The notes under the pieces: generated by a model | Told to the model about the DNA's origin: nothing | Databases searched by the model: none | What the model saw: the letters and a program-made list of their open reading frames with translations, nothing else | Source: Naegleria gruberi | Lineage: Eukaryota | DNA: 64,000 nt | Reading direction: 5' to 3' (one strand) | NCBI GenBank assembly: GCA_000004985.1 | Contig: GG738917.1 | Shown: positions 23,201 to 35,200 of the stretch, one piece after another | Position numbering within the stretch: the stretch's first letter is position 1 | How the letters are laid out: every line of letters begins with the position of its first letter | Position numbers and translations under genes: made by a program

Positions 23201-23378
23201 CAATTGTACAAAACGATCATGTATGGGTCAAATTGTTTACCAAATTATTGCTGTTAAGAAAATTCCATATAACTTCCAAAAAGTTGACTTGATAGAACAA
23301 TTCATTTGGTGGCAATTTAATAGTAAGGTGCTACATGACGAAAATGAACGAGATAAGCTTTCTAAAAAGTGTGAATAA
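20223..23378 (+). CDS. Ras guanine-nucleotide exchange factor (RasGEF N-terminal + CDC25-homology catalytic domain) with a long Asn/Ser-rich N-terminal region
   Basis: 1051-aa single exon. The C-terminal half carries CDC25 motifs (IDPVEIARQLTLFEFSSFEKLSAKELLGASWMK...; NYNTVFEIVMGLISQPVYRL; PCLPYLGVHLSDLVFFDEGN). Confidence 0.85.
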   Translation: MGVDGSNSGNFTEVSNMIANMEQNKQLFETITSRATFARHHRKPQTSNSTENLETRTTSNNLYENLLETKGENIIGRKSSNSSWTVEEIPLSSRQSKNLMETLNETQLNLTVIVQDESDDAIIRSESVKSDESITILNELYDENSISETENYSNRMNENKRTPIQSSTSKKLKFDALIPNSIKNMFLSTKRSQPSNSLYEEEKPKKNTKNRKSPSLRNEGDSNSSTSSPIATPNVLDSIDNNENIISNWISIFENLQKSQKEGNDSTSTSKNGSIITVSSPPNTTTIDNSNNTQFCMNGKEFIDLIRMSYQNLCKSNLVTLDGKVLYAFVSTLITMNLMVESSTTIVSNDENSIRLSLASNLCRNETLFETLNLTLYPERIKQEKEKVFDASLQFLKHQVTCQPPCAQIFNSQTNNSTASSNFNDRNEQELNIDKNMLLQRRESKLLLSFEEFLTVNNQCKMGSSLSHEDVTNSTIYKAEDLEKQEKTTNNSTFNEMSSHQSNDKLVEENASQTTTTDLAISNSAANLTLLSNLGTNVSNHIKQPSNNSNCNNTHSTISSITTPPSSSNEEISNPSSSTPSGPSPYELKLKIGEKNLSELKQQLKDRKHRYGFLTPTQFLEFGLRAGFDEEEFASIFAVTYSTLMSAHQLIPQMQYVMKIILNDEKLPKPITDEEDEEDEDGDSGDQNRGSFLEDDCKLSKEEKNNVIGRVSRFLKQFVLLSFSDFKYDKQFHEILYSFVAPLIGFIDFEASNGALIQEQVVDLVERITLVISGAHEDQFCQTEVAPKPLIKKLPTDPRKINLIDIDPVEIARQLTLFEFSSFEKLSAKELLGASWMKDSKEWTAPNVTQLIWRSNQLTDWVSTFICSITNLKDRKKALKHLIHVADACLEIHNYNTVFEIVMGLISQPVYRLKKTWEVLKENDLQRVWKRLEDITSFPGNRRVYRDQIQKVIKESVVKMTPCLPYLGVHLSDLVFFDEGNKDSMEKGITTFYNCTKRSCMGQIVYQIIAVKKIPYNFQKVDLIEQFIWWQFNSKVLHDENERDKLSKKCE

Positions 23379-23441
23379 ACTTTTAAGGCATTTCCAAAAC
23401 AATGAAACAGGCATATTCCAAGAACTTTGGCTATCGATTTA

Positions 23442-25909
23442 TTAAACATTTGGAGTGGCAACGTTACCTCCTGAAGCAACTGGAGGGGCAACACCTTTTC
23501 CTCCTTCATGTCCACAACATGAACAAGTAAAGCAACAACAGAGAGGACAAATACAGCTACTGAGTTGTTCTATCTTGATATTCTCTTCAATGAATCTATT
23601 CAAACTCTTAGTACAGAAACGAGGAATGGTCGGATCATTGGTTCTCATTTCCATTTCAATCAAGAAGCATTGTAAAACAGTATCAATAGCACATTGGATA
23701 ATAACGCAGAACAAACTAGCTACTGCGAAACCAATAATAAAAGCAATAGCAGCCAAGAAGATTGGATTTGAAATTTCCTTTTGATCAGTGTTAAGGAAGG
23801 TAGTCTTTGCAGCAATACCGTATGTGAAAAGGCATGTCAAGGCAGAAACAGCTAATTTGGAAAGAACCAAAACAGCTGTACTCAAACTTTGAGTAATAGA
23901 CATTTGAATTGGATTTCTAATCATCAATAAGAAGGCATTCTTTGCAGATGTAAGGAAGCCAGTACCATACATGGCACATTGAACGTAAGCTTGTCTGTTC
24001 AAGAATTTGATAATCTTTTCAATAATCCACAAGACTGCTCTGACATACCAACCACATCCCTTAACAATACGATTACCCTTAGAGGCTGTTTCCAATTCTC
24101 TTTGAATCTTTTCAAAGATCAATCTTAACATTTGAATAATAGCAACAATCAATGAACCAAAAGCAGCAGTACCAAGATGGAAAACGGCTGTTCTTACAAA
24201 AGCTCTGACAACTGGCATACCCAAAACGAATCTCTTTTCTCTTCTCCAATACCAAGAGGCAATAGCACCACTCAAAGATAAAAATTCAGCTGCTTGAATA
24301 AATGCTAAAATCCATAAACCACCAAAGATGTGATATGCGAAAATTGCTCTAGTCCAGGTGGTCATTGTATATTTCACAGCACCTCCTGAAATATGAGTAT
24401 CTCCTGAAGAGTACAAGAAGATACTGACAACACACCAATAAGCAGCAAAAAGACCAATAATAATAGCAAAAATAATTGGCATAATGAGAACCTGTGGCAT
24501 GTACATGATAGACTTGGAGCTTTCTTGAATAATACCAATAGCTCTTCTAATTCTCATAATGAAAATAGCAGAAACAATAGCAATTAATAAACCAATTGCC
24601 ATTGAAGCAACACCACACCATAAAATAACTTGAGAAACAGTGGTTGAAAGCCCCTTCAATTTCATTACTTGACTTTGAGTGTAACCATAGTAGGTCATGA
24701 AAGCACCCAATCCAAGGAAAGATAAAACGCAAATAATTAAGGTAAGATAGACAACAACACCAGAGAAAATTCTAATGAAAAGCAAAGTAGCAAAACCGAG
24801 AATCATGGCAATAAGAAGGGCAGCAAACAATACTTTCCAACCTCGTGTGATATCATCCCAGAAAGTGCTTACTACATTACTGGCTTCATCAATAATTGAA
24901 GAATAATTTCCACCCAATTTCAACTTGGAAATTGTATCAATAATTTGACTTGCACTTGTGTTGGTAAGACTGATAGTAGGAACACATCTATTCACAACAT
25001 CCTTTAAAAGAGTTAATATCAATAAAATTATTTAAATACTTACATAATAAGTCAATTGTGTTGAAACAGCTTTTGTAATGTCATTGACAGGGAAAATCTC
25101 ATCTCTATCTACTCTCTTGGCACTACAATAACTCAAAAATGGAATGTCAAAACCAGCAAGTTCATATGATGATGTAGTTAATTCTGGTGGACAATCAGCA
25201 GTTCTGTTCAAAAGTTCCAAAATAGTATCACCTGTAGATCTCAATCCAGGACAATAGCTCACACACTAAATTTTTTAAGAAATATTGAATTATCTCACTA
25301 CTTACAATACCACCATAATAGAACGGATCCAAAACTTCCATAAACCACAAATAAGCCTGAGAACTAAGATCAGTCTTCAATGGCTTTACTTTCTGTTCAC
25401 ACAAAGCCATGGCTGTAGTATTCTTTCCACTATCAGAATTAATACAATCGATATCATAAGGTATTTTAATTACATTTGCAGATTCATTCTTGTTGTCTTG
25501 TCCGCAAGTTCTTCCCATATAATCCGTACCATCTATATGAAACATCAAATATTACATGATGAAATTTTAATACAATTAATATACAATTAATTGCTGAAAT
25601 AATTAACTTACAATACAATTTGCTTGGTGTTCCGTATTTGAAAGCAATGACTGCAATAGCAATCATACCAAGACAATATAAAACAAATAATATTAAACAA
25701 GGTATATCAGTAGGAAAACGTCCCTTTTTCTTTACACGAGTAATTTGAGGATTATACTTGGTGGCTTCATTAAAATTTGGTTTATACTTGGCATCTTCTG
25801 GTTCACGATCATCATCAGAATTATAATCGAGTTTACTGAATGATTCACCCTCTTTTGGTTCATCATCTTCATTACTGCCGGAATGACAAAAAGAAGGACA
25901 AGATGGCAT
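23442..25909 (-). CDS. choline transporter-like protein (CTL/SLC44/Pns1 family); 4 exons
   Basis: The main exon (23442-about 25000) matches conserved CTL blocks (RNPIQMSITQSLSTAVLVLSKL...; KFLNRQAYVQCAMYGTGFLTSAKNAFLLMIRN, cf. human FLNRNAYIMIAIYG.NFC.SA.NAF.LLMRN). The upstream exons are 25612-25909 (acidic N-terminus plus first TM), about 25270-25538 and about 25035-25265, joined by GTAAGT/GTAGTG donors and AG acceptors. Confidence 0.75.
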
Positions 25910-26396
25910 CCTATTGTTTTTGTTTGAAATAATACAATTAGAAAATTAGAAAAAGTTTGGCGGGAAAATAGATAATAGGTCTATTGATATGATGCTGCTA
26001 ATATCAGCTGATGATGGCGTGTAATTAAATGATGACGAAAAAGCCTAAATCGAGGCAATTTTTTGTATCTTGAAAAAATTCTCTTCAAAGGTGATGGTGC
26101 AACAACTCTCTTGCTGGTCATGATGTTGTCCACAGGATTATGACTGCTATTCGTTGAAAATCTTCTCGAACGTTTAGCTACAGTAAAATAAGTACCTTGT
26201 TCTTGAGAGAGAAATAAAAGCATAATTGTGAAGTTTTAATCGTCGCATGTCAAGGAATTTGTACCACTTGAATTAGAAACCAACAAAGCAGAACATCTGA
26301 ACAGAACTTATTAAATAGTTAATGATTGGTTGTTTATGGAGGAATTAGAAGGCAGTAAAGGAACGAGGATAAAGAATTCAATACTTAAATACTGGG

Positions 26397-28223
26397 TTAT
26401 TGAGTCTTGACTTTCTTATTGACCTTCTTCTTGCAGCAACAAATTGCAAAAAGTATTATTGGACCAATGATCAGTGAGGCACAGATAATGAGGAAAGTTC
26501 TCATGATATTCACTTTTTCAATGGCAAAGAGTTTGTGTTCTGTGGAAACAAATTGTTCACTACCAAAGAGAGCTACTTGACGAATGATAGTGGCAGCTGA
26601 AAGAGAGGCTGGTGACAGTGTGGAAGTGGCATTTGATTCCAATACTCTTTGGAGAATTTCTCTATTTACACCCAATGCAGCCATTTCCTTATTGATGAGT
26701 TTGATTGTTTCCATTTTTTGAGAAATTTCATTTGATTTTTCTAATAAGAATCGAATGCTCTTAATTGTTTCTTCTTGATTTTCCAAATCATGGATTGTTT
26801 TTCCTATTCCTGCATCTTCTGCTCTGATGGAATTCAAGAATTGATCTCCAAATATTGGGAATAAGAGTAGAGGAACTGTGGCATCAATAGATTCGAAAAG
26901 TGAGTGAGCTCCAGCATGAGAAACAAATATAGAAACAACAGGGTGTCTCAATACTTCCACTTGTTTGACCCATTTCTTAATGAGAATTTGCTTAGACCAT
27001 TCCTTATCCATCGAAGAATCTCCAAATATCTTATCCTTATTCTCAGAGTTTGAGACAAAGAGAATATTGAGGGACGGGTCAGATTTCATGATTGCTTGTA
27101 TCATCTTTCTGGTATGATCAAGGGAAATTATGACCTTAGTGCCAAATGCAATGTAAACAACCTTCTTCTTTTTACCAGCAATCGCATCAAGCCATACCAT
27201 TTCATCTTGAATTTCATCGATAGAGGTATTCGAATCACTTCCAATTATTTGTCTGGTTGCTGGTGATTTTTCAATATGATTGAACCCAACAAATTTATGA
27301 TTTTGTGGAACTGGGAATGAATATTCGAAAATACCTGGAATAGTGAAATGAATTGTCACTTTGTCATTTGTTTCAAAGAATGGACCAGATACTGCTGGTA
27401 ATCCAAGTTCTTCCCTGAGTTTAGTTACTTCACCAAGAGTTGGATAAGCCATCTTGATAAATTCAATGAATTCAAATACTTGCTCCTGCAACTGAGTCTT
27501 CAAATAGGAAACAATGCCATCACGTTCTAAAATTGCCCTTCCTCTAGATAAACTAGTTTCAGCAATTGGCAGTTGAGGTAAATAGGATGGTCCACCAGAG
27601 TATCCATACATAATTGGTGGAGTGTCAATAATCACAAATTCAATTCCTTCAAATTGAGACCACTCCAACACTGAGCTAAATAATCCATCAATAACAAGTA
27701 ATAATCTAATTTTTCCTTCTCTACTTTGCTTCAAAGTATTGGCCAAAGATAGGTCACAATTTGATTTTTCATTGAACAAATCTTTGATTCCAACAATTCC
27801 CATTTCATAGGCCTTAGAAATTATGGTAAATGCTGCCTTAAATCTATCCATCTTTGGAATCTCACTCTTTGCATAGACTGAGAGATTATCCATTGTTTCT
27901 TTGAAATTAAATCTATCGTCAATTTTACATTGAATAATGTTGAACTTTCCATCATGGTCAATTTCAAAATCATTCACAAAGGAAACAAAATGAATATTTT
28001 GCTTTCTAATTCCAGACACAATTGAGTATGCTTTTGCCAATGCCTGAAAATCCCGAACATGAGAACTGTCTGGTACTGTTAAAAAGACAACCACTTGTTC
28101 CTTGTGGCTATAATTCGGAACTGTTTGTGCTTTGATTTCCATGAATAATACTAATAGTAACAACCCGATGACCGTGAACACAGTACGTGTGGCCAAAGGT
28201 TTCATACAATGTTGTGTAGACAT
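26397..28223 (-). CDS. UDP-glycosyltransferase (GT1/UGT family), ER type I membrane topology
   Basis: 608-aa single exon with a signal peptide (MSTQHCMKPLATRTVFTVIGLLLLVLFMEIKA), the UGT/PSPG-like donor-binding signature (WVKQVEVLRHPVVSIFVSHAGAHSLFESIDATVPLLLFPIFGDQFLN), and a C-terminal TM (FLIICASLIIGPIILFAICCC) plus a KKK tail. Confidence 0.8.
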   Translation of the reverse strand: MSTQHCMKPLATRTVFTVIGLLLLVLFMEIKAQTVPNYSHKEQVVVFLTVPDSSHVRDFQALAKAYSIVSGIRKQNIHFVSFVNDFEIDHDGKFNIIQCKIDDRFNFKETMDNLSVYAKSEIPKMDRFKAAFTIISKAYEMGIVGIKDLFNEKSNCDLSLANTLKQSREGKIRLLLVIDGLFSSVLEWSQFEGIEFVIIDTPPIMYGYSGGPSYLPQLPIAETSLSRGRAILERDGIVSYLKTQLQEQVFEFIEFIKMAYPTLGEVTKLREELGLPAVSGPFFETNDKVTIHFTIPGIFEYSFPVPQNHKFVGFNHIEKSPATRQIIGSDSNTSIDEIQDEMVWLDAIAGKKKKVVYIAFGTKVIISLDHTRKMIQAIMKSDPSLNILFVSNSENKDKIFGDSSMDKEWSKQILIKKWVKQVEVLRHPVVSIFVSHAGAHSLFESIDATVPLLLFPIFGDQFLNSIRAEDAGIGKTIHDLENQEETIKSIRFLLEKSNEISQKMETIKLINKEMAALGVNREILQRVLESNATSTLSPASLSAATIIRQVALFGSEQFVSTEHKLFAIEKVNIMRTFLIICASLIIGPIILFAICCCKKKVNKKVKTQ

Positions 28224-28944
28224 TTTTTTGGTTTTGGTTTGGCTATCTCGTGGAAATATCGTCTCCCTTTTGAAGTGGAGTTTTGAGAGGGAAGAATACT
28301 ATCAAAAATGCTTTGACGGTATTATGGCGGAAATGAGAGCGGGTCCAAGGAAATACAAATTTGGCATGTGTGCGTTGTTGAGCTTGGGTTTCAACTGTAA
28401 TTATTTTACAATTTTTATGAGAATTTGAGCGGTCATCAAAATCTCTAAGGTTTTTTTGTTTTGTTGAAGTTCTTAGCAAAATTGATTTCTTTCATAAAGG
28501 CTTGAAAGAATACTTCATGCATGGTTGACTTGTTCGATATTAAACCTAATGTCACAAGATTGTTCCTACTCTTGTTAGTTCTTTCATTTTAAACTAAACA
28601 ATTCAAATCCTAAGAATGCTTACTTGAAATAATTATCACCACCTCACCCAAACTGATCGCCTTACTGCTTATGAGCCGAAATGATTGAGAATCTTTGTGG
28701 CGCCTTCATAAATCTACGAATTTCCAAAAATCAACCAAAAAGGGCCGAAAGCAAGTTAAAAAAATAGAACAATATTCTCGCTCTAGGTTGTAGTCATACA
28801 AAGAACTCTCAGTAATAGTTCATCATTTCAAATCGTCATCACTAATAGGTCGGCTAGGAATTTTTGAAATTATTCAAAGCTTTGAAAAAGTTCAAAATTG
28901 TATTATATTGAATATTAAATTGTAATTAATAATTATAGGAAATA

Positions 28945-29313
28945 ATGGGAGCCAAATGTGCAAAGGATGATACTACCAGCTCATCTAAAGTTGAGGATAA
29001 TTCAAAGAGTAAATCGGAAGAGAGAAAAAACACTCCTCCGAAAGAAAAGAGAGAATTAAAAATTTATACAATGGATGATGTAGCCAAATCGGAATGTTGG
29101 ATGGTTGTGGATGGATATGTGGTGGATTGCACTGGGTTTGATAAAGACCACCCTGGTGGTGCCTATGCAATTGTACAATATGCCAAAAAGGATGCAACTG
29201 ATATATTTCTCTCATCACATGGCAAACGAGGTGTTGCCAAAATGAAGGCATTAGCCATTGGAACAATAGATGGTTATAAGGATATCGGAAAACAACTAGC
29301 AGATATAAATTAA
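28945..29313 (+). CDS. cytochrome b5-like heme-binding domain protein
   Basis: The b5 fold signature (...CWMVVDGYVVDCTGFDKDHPGGAYAIVQYAKKDATDIFLSSHG...) has axial His residues in the HPGG and SHG motifs. The N-terminus is MGAKCAK. Confidence 0.75.
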   Translation: MGAKCAKDDTTSSSKVEDNSKSKSEERKNTPPKEKRELKIYTMDDVAKSECWMVVDGYVVDCTGFDKDHPGGAYAIVQYAKKDATDIFLSSHGKRGVAKMKALAIGTIDGYKDIGKQLADIN

Positions 29314-29370
29314 TTATCAATTTTCAATTAGGACCTTTAAAGTACCTGTCATGATTGTGAACTTGTTGGG

Positions 29371-31347
29371 ATGAAAAAGTTCTTTTTTGTAAACCATCAA
29401 ATATTAGACATTAAAAAATACCTCAACATGAATTGTCGCGAATCGGTTGATATTTATATTTCTGCCAACAACTTGCAGAGAATGGATCTACTTTCCAAGA
29501 GTGATCCATTTGCAAAATTGTATTATATGGGACCATCAACGAGTGGATCATCCAATCAACCAATAATTAGTACCTCATTCACATGTTTAGGAAAAACGGA
29601 AACAATTCAAAATAATTCCAATCCATCATTTGCTAAAAAGTTCAGTCTTTATTATTATTTTGAATATTCACAGAAATTAAATGTAGAAATCTATGATGAT
29701 GATGGTAAAAACAATTCACAACTCATGGGAAAAACACAAGAATTCACCCTCTCTCAGGTTATCTGTTCACGAGATGGTAAATTTAAAGTTAATCTTGTAA
29801 ATACTTCAGGAAAAGTTGTTGGACAAGTTTTTCTTCATGCTGAGAAAGTCGTAAAACAAGCTGATGTCAATCCATTCTCAGAAGAAAGAGAAAGATTGGC
29901 TTTCCAACGATTTTCAACTCTTTCCTACCAAGCTCTTAGGGATTTAGTAATGGAAATTCCAAAAGTTGTCCCTACCGATGTCAAATACGTTCATTTCGTT
30001 TGTTGTGCTAGAAATCTTGATAAGAAGTAAGTTAATTTCATTGGCTTTTAATTCAAACTTGTTAATTTTAGGGATCTGTTTGGAAAGTCGGATGGATTTT
30101 TCTATTTTGAAAAGGATGTTGCCTCTCGTAGAGAAAAGTTATATCAAAGTGAGGTTATTCAAAAGAATTTAAATCCTGATTGGGCCACCTTCTCTCTTAA
30201 TTTGGATTTGTTTAACAATGATTTCAATAAGAATATTCATGTTAAATGTTATGATCATGATAAACATTCAGATGCTGACCTCATCGGTGAATTCAGTTTC
30301 ACTTTGGATGAAGTGATCAACCAAGGAAAAAAACAATTCGACCTTATAGAGCCAACTCTTGCTTCTAAAAAGAAAAATTACAAAAATTCTGGCATCTTTG
30401 AATTTACAGATTGTCAAATAATTATAAAGCAAGAGCCAAAACAAAATCCAGAATTATCAATTTACAATCAAGTAATAGCACTAAAAGAAAACAGAAATGC
30501 AGAATTTATGGACTATTTATTTGGTGGATGTTCAATTTCAGTTTCTGTTGGAATTGATTTTACTGGTTCTAATAGAGCATACACTGAGTCGAATTCTCTC
30601 CATCATTTGAGTGGAAAACAAAACCAATATCAACAAGCTCTCTCTCAAGTAATGAATATTTTGGAACCTTATGATGTGGACAAGATGTATGCTGGTAGGT
30701 ATTTGATTGAATTATTATCAAATTAACAATGAAAAGCCTATGGTTATGGAGCTACTGTAGATGGTAAAGGAATGAAGCCAATGTTTAATTTATCCCTCAC
30801 AGATCAGGAGGAATTGCATGGAGCTCAAGAAATATTAACTGCCTATGCAAATGCTCTCCCTAGATTATCATTTGGAGATATGGGAAGTGCCACCAATCCA
30901 AAAACAAAACAAAGATATTGGGGAGATGACTTTTACAGACTCATTGAGTGTGTTGTTGAAAAAACTCCAAAAATCCATCAAAACCATCAGTTCTATAACA
31001 TTCTTCTTCTCATAATTGATGGAGATTCATTTGACATGCAATCAACAATTAATTCAATCGTCGATGCAAACGATAAGCCAATTTCAATCATTATTGTTGG
31101 TGTTGGAAATAGTAATTTCAGTAATTGCAGAAAATTTGATGCTGACGACGAACCTCTCGTTCATAGCAATGGAAAGAAGATGACAAGAGACATTGTTCAA
31201 TTCGTTAGATTTGCAGATTGTTCCTCAGTTGAAGAATTGGCCAAGCAAGTATTAGCAGAGGTTCCAAAACAATTAGTAACCTTCTTTGAGGCTAAGAAAA
31301 TTGTGCCAAACCCTAGACCTTTCATCCAACAACCACCATACTATTAA
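29371..31347 (+). CDS. copine (tandem C2 domains + vWA-like domain); 3 exons (29371-30026, 30072-30694, 30737-31347)
   Basis: C2A (LLSKSDPFAKLYY), C2B after intron 1 (ARNLDKK|DLFGKSDGFFYFEKDV...) and the copine A-domain (CSISVSVGIDFTGSNRAYTESNSLHHL...; IIIVGVGNSNFSNCRKFDAD). The introns are GTAAGT...TTTTAG (phase 2) and GTAGGT...AAAAG (phase 1). Confidence 0.8.
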
Positions 31348-32290
31348 GTGCACACCCCCAAGAAATGAAATGTTAAATATTGCATGTTCACAATCAAAGT
31401 CACCACCCCATTGAATTGGAAAGAAAGAGGTCACACCCAATAAATATAACAATCTTTACATGTGATTCAAACAGCATGTTGTGTGAAATCAGCGAATTTT
31501 CTTTTAACAATGTATGTTAAATGACCAATTCCTTAAACAGCTATCAAGTGATGATATCAACATTGTTGAATGAATTAATTCACACAATTTCCCTACAAGA
31601 TCAAATATCTTCTTTGAGTCCTCACTTTGCAGTGAAAAAATCTAAAGAGCGAACCTACTACTACAGCACATTATTTAACATACCATTGTAAACTAACTCT
31701 CGCTATTAATTTCTTTCCTTGTTGCTCTCATCACAAGCCCAGTACCAATCTGGGAACCAAACCTCCATTTGTACTGACCATGTTTTAATTCGTAAAAAAC
31801 TCCTCAACACCTACCATCAATTTTCTCCTTTCCTTTAACACAAAAACAGCAACACACTATCCTCTCTTCAATTATAAAGTGTTGAGTTTTATTGTGTTAT
31901 AGTGTGCAAGATAATAGTAATTAGACAACACAATATAATTTCTTGCAAGCTGTTAGGCAAATAATTGTCTGAATATTCAAATCCTTGTCGTGTTTTTGTA
32001 CTCCGAGAAAAGGGTTGATTTTTCCTCCACAATTTTGGAGTAACACACTCGAAGTGGACAACAACAATTAATAATCAATTAATATCAAAAAATTGAACAA
32101 GTGCATCCTCATCTAGGAGTTTTTTCAGAGAGGGTCTAAGAATCGCTCAGCATCATTAATATCTTGTTGGGATCTTTCGGAAAGTTCCAAGCCAATCTTC
32201 CAACACACGTATTCAAAACAATCAAATAATATACATCCTATTGGAAATTACATATCTTCATATCAACAACAACAACAACAATAGAAAAAT

Positions 32291-35200
32291 ATGATTACAC
32301 TGGAATTGAAGGATGATATAGAGGAATTGCTGAATGATAGTCTGTATCGTCTCGTTAAATTTATTGGATACGAACCAACAGGACACTTTATTGTGGTTTG
32401 TTTTTCAATAGGTGATCAGAATCATCAGCCTTTGAAAATTAGTGATGATGAAGATGAGTTTGGATCATCAATGGGATTGGATTCACCACAGAGTGTTGTT
32501 CATGTGGATTTCCTCTCGAGAAAGGTTAATTTACTTTGCAAATTATCTCCGACCCTTGATTGCTTTGGTGCTTCACTAAATTTCAATCACTCCATACTTT
32601 CAATAACAACAAGTAGAATATTGTACAAAATGGTGAATAATGGAGCAAGTTTAGTGGTTACTAATAGTGATTTAAACACTTCTTCTTCATCTTCTTCATC
32701 CTCATCACCATCAGCAGCAACATCATCACTGGGAATGGCTTCACAAGTTAATATACCAGGTGTTCCTTCAGTGAATAGTTATGAAAATCGTAATTTAAAA
32801 GTGAATGAAACTTATCAGATAATATCTAATTTAAAGTCATTCCTTACAAAGGAGAAGGAAGGAAATTCAATATCATCATCATCAAATGGATTGACTCCGG
32901 TAGCTCCTTCCATATCAAATCCTGCACTATTGGCTCAACAAGAGAGAATTGTACTTTACGAATCGTATTTTGTTGAACTAAAAACAAAAACAAAGAACAA
33001 GTAGGTATTAATTGCTTTATAATTTAGATTAATGGCTTTTTAACACAAATAACACAGATCTCCACAAACTTTATTTAAAAAGTCGGAAGCTCCACAGAGC
33101 ATTCAATTCATCCATAGTAATAGATTGAAGAATGGAAAGAATTACTTCTTATCATTTTCATCAGGATCTATTCAGATATTTACCTTCTCGACAGATCCAA
33201 AAACTGGAGCAATGAAAGGTCCACCAAAAGAAGTTAAAACGATCACTTCAAAATCTTATCCAGATGGTGATTCTCCCTCTTCATTTTCTTCATTGTTTTC
33301 ATCAAAATCTAATCAACCTAGTGAAGATAATGAAGTAATATGGTATCAATGGGATGTTGATACTCACTTATTGTATTTTATAGTTCGATCACCTTTCCCT
33401 TCTGCCAATTCATTTGGAAAAATGAATCTAGTATTATATTGTTGGAATATAGACCTTGATGGACTTCAACTCGTGTACAAATACCCAATTTTGAATCACC
33501 TCCCACCTGATCTTTTGCATTTTGGTTCTAGAGATTTCCCAGTTTCATCCATGATTGACCCAATTATATTTTCTGGAAGAAGTAATACTCTTACTCCAAA
33601 CTATTTCAATAGCTACTTTTTGGAAACATCAACCATTAGAATGCAAATTGTAAAACTTGAAAATGGTAACGATATTTTATGTATGCAATATAGAGATTTG
33701 CGACCGAGCACTCAGGAAAATGTGATGAATGTTTATATTTATCACTTTAAAGAAAAGAAGTGCTTAAAGCTAAATGTAAGTGTTTGATTGATTACATATT
33801 TGATATTGACTGAAAATTAGTTACAATCCAAACATTATCTTTTGATTAGCAAATATAAGAAGAATAATCTTATGTTATTCCTTCCAAATAAGTATTTGCA
33901 ATTAATCAAGGGAAATACCCTCTCAACAATTTTCCAATTCAACAAGAATCAATTCAATCTCTCTCTTCACAATGAAATGCCTGTTAAATTAGATGAGCCT
34001 CATCTCCTTCCAGTTTTCAGTCACATGGAAGGACATTTTATTAATATAAGAAACGGATGTGTTTTCAATTTTGACCTCATGATAACATATTTGACCAGCT
34101 CACATTGGCTCCAAATCCCTGACCTTGTTAACGATCAATTCATACCAGTTTTGGAATTTATTTTATTTAATTATCCTAAAGATGTTGCCCTACAATTTTT
34201 GAGTTATTTATTCTACAGTATGGAAAAGTCACCTCACAAAAAGAATATTCAGTTTTCCAAGTTAATTTCTCTTGGTATGAAAGAGTATATAATAGGAGCT
34301 TGTTACCAACAGGCCATTTTCAAAGGAATGGATCCAGAATTTATTTCTTTACTACCAAACAATAGACACGACTTTTATGACAGTATTTTAGGAGTAGTAT
34401 CGAGCTTGATCAAGAAGAAACAACTCAATTTAGGCTCGTTTTCATTTGACAGTCCTAGAACTGGAAGTGCAAACACTCCACAAAGCCCATCTCCCTCTAG
34501 TCCTCAACAAACATTAATTCTTAATAATGAAACCTATGAGGAATATATCAAATTTGCCATATTTTATGGAAAATCTATCAAGAATTGGAATGCAAAGAAA
34601 TGGGCCTCTGAATTTAATGCTATTTTAACAGAAGAGATGGAATTGCTATCAGAAACCATCATGTCTCAAAAGAATGAAGAAGAGAAATACTTCTTCATAT
34701 TGATGGAGTGTTTCTATACTTCCCTTCTGTTAGATTATAGACTTCCTCCTCCGGCAGAGTTCAATTTCAATTTTGTAATATCTGGTTTTAAAGCTTTGGA
34801 AAGAGATATTTTCTATCAATACTGTGATAGAGGAGTATTCGAAATTAATAATCAAGTAATTAATGCATTGTGTCAAGCGGATTTATTGACAAAAGAATGC
34901 AAGGAAGATATTCATTGCTTGAATTATTTATTGAAAATCTCAGTAGACCCTGTAAATATTTCATATGTAATTAGTCATCTAGAGGGCATTGAAGACTGCC
35001 AATTTGCAATAAGCAATTATTATCATACTATATTCTCAATTAATGCTGATGATTGGTCTGACCATGATCTCAATCAGAACTCTCTCAAGAAAATCCTAAA
35101 AAAGAAACAAAAGAAACATAACCAAGAAAGACACGAAAGAGAGCATCACTCTTTTATCAGAGACCAAATTTTAAATATTATGGGAACTAGGGCCAGCTTT

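Noticed and set aside
25981-26223. 80-aa minus-strand ORF between the CTL and UGT genes
   Set aside because: It is Arg/His-rich, has no start context and lies in AT-rich spacer. Probably noise.
31380-31450. CACCCCATTG / CACCCAATAAAT elements resembling the DUSE ([AT]CCCA[CT]AA) ncRNA promoter element
   Set aside because: Neither is an exact match (A instead of C/T after CCCA), and no downstream small-RNA-like structure was seen. Kept only as a weak note in the intergenic finding.
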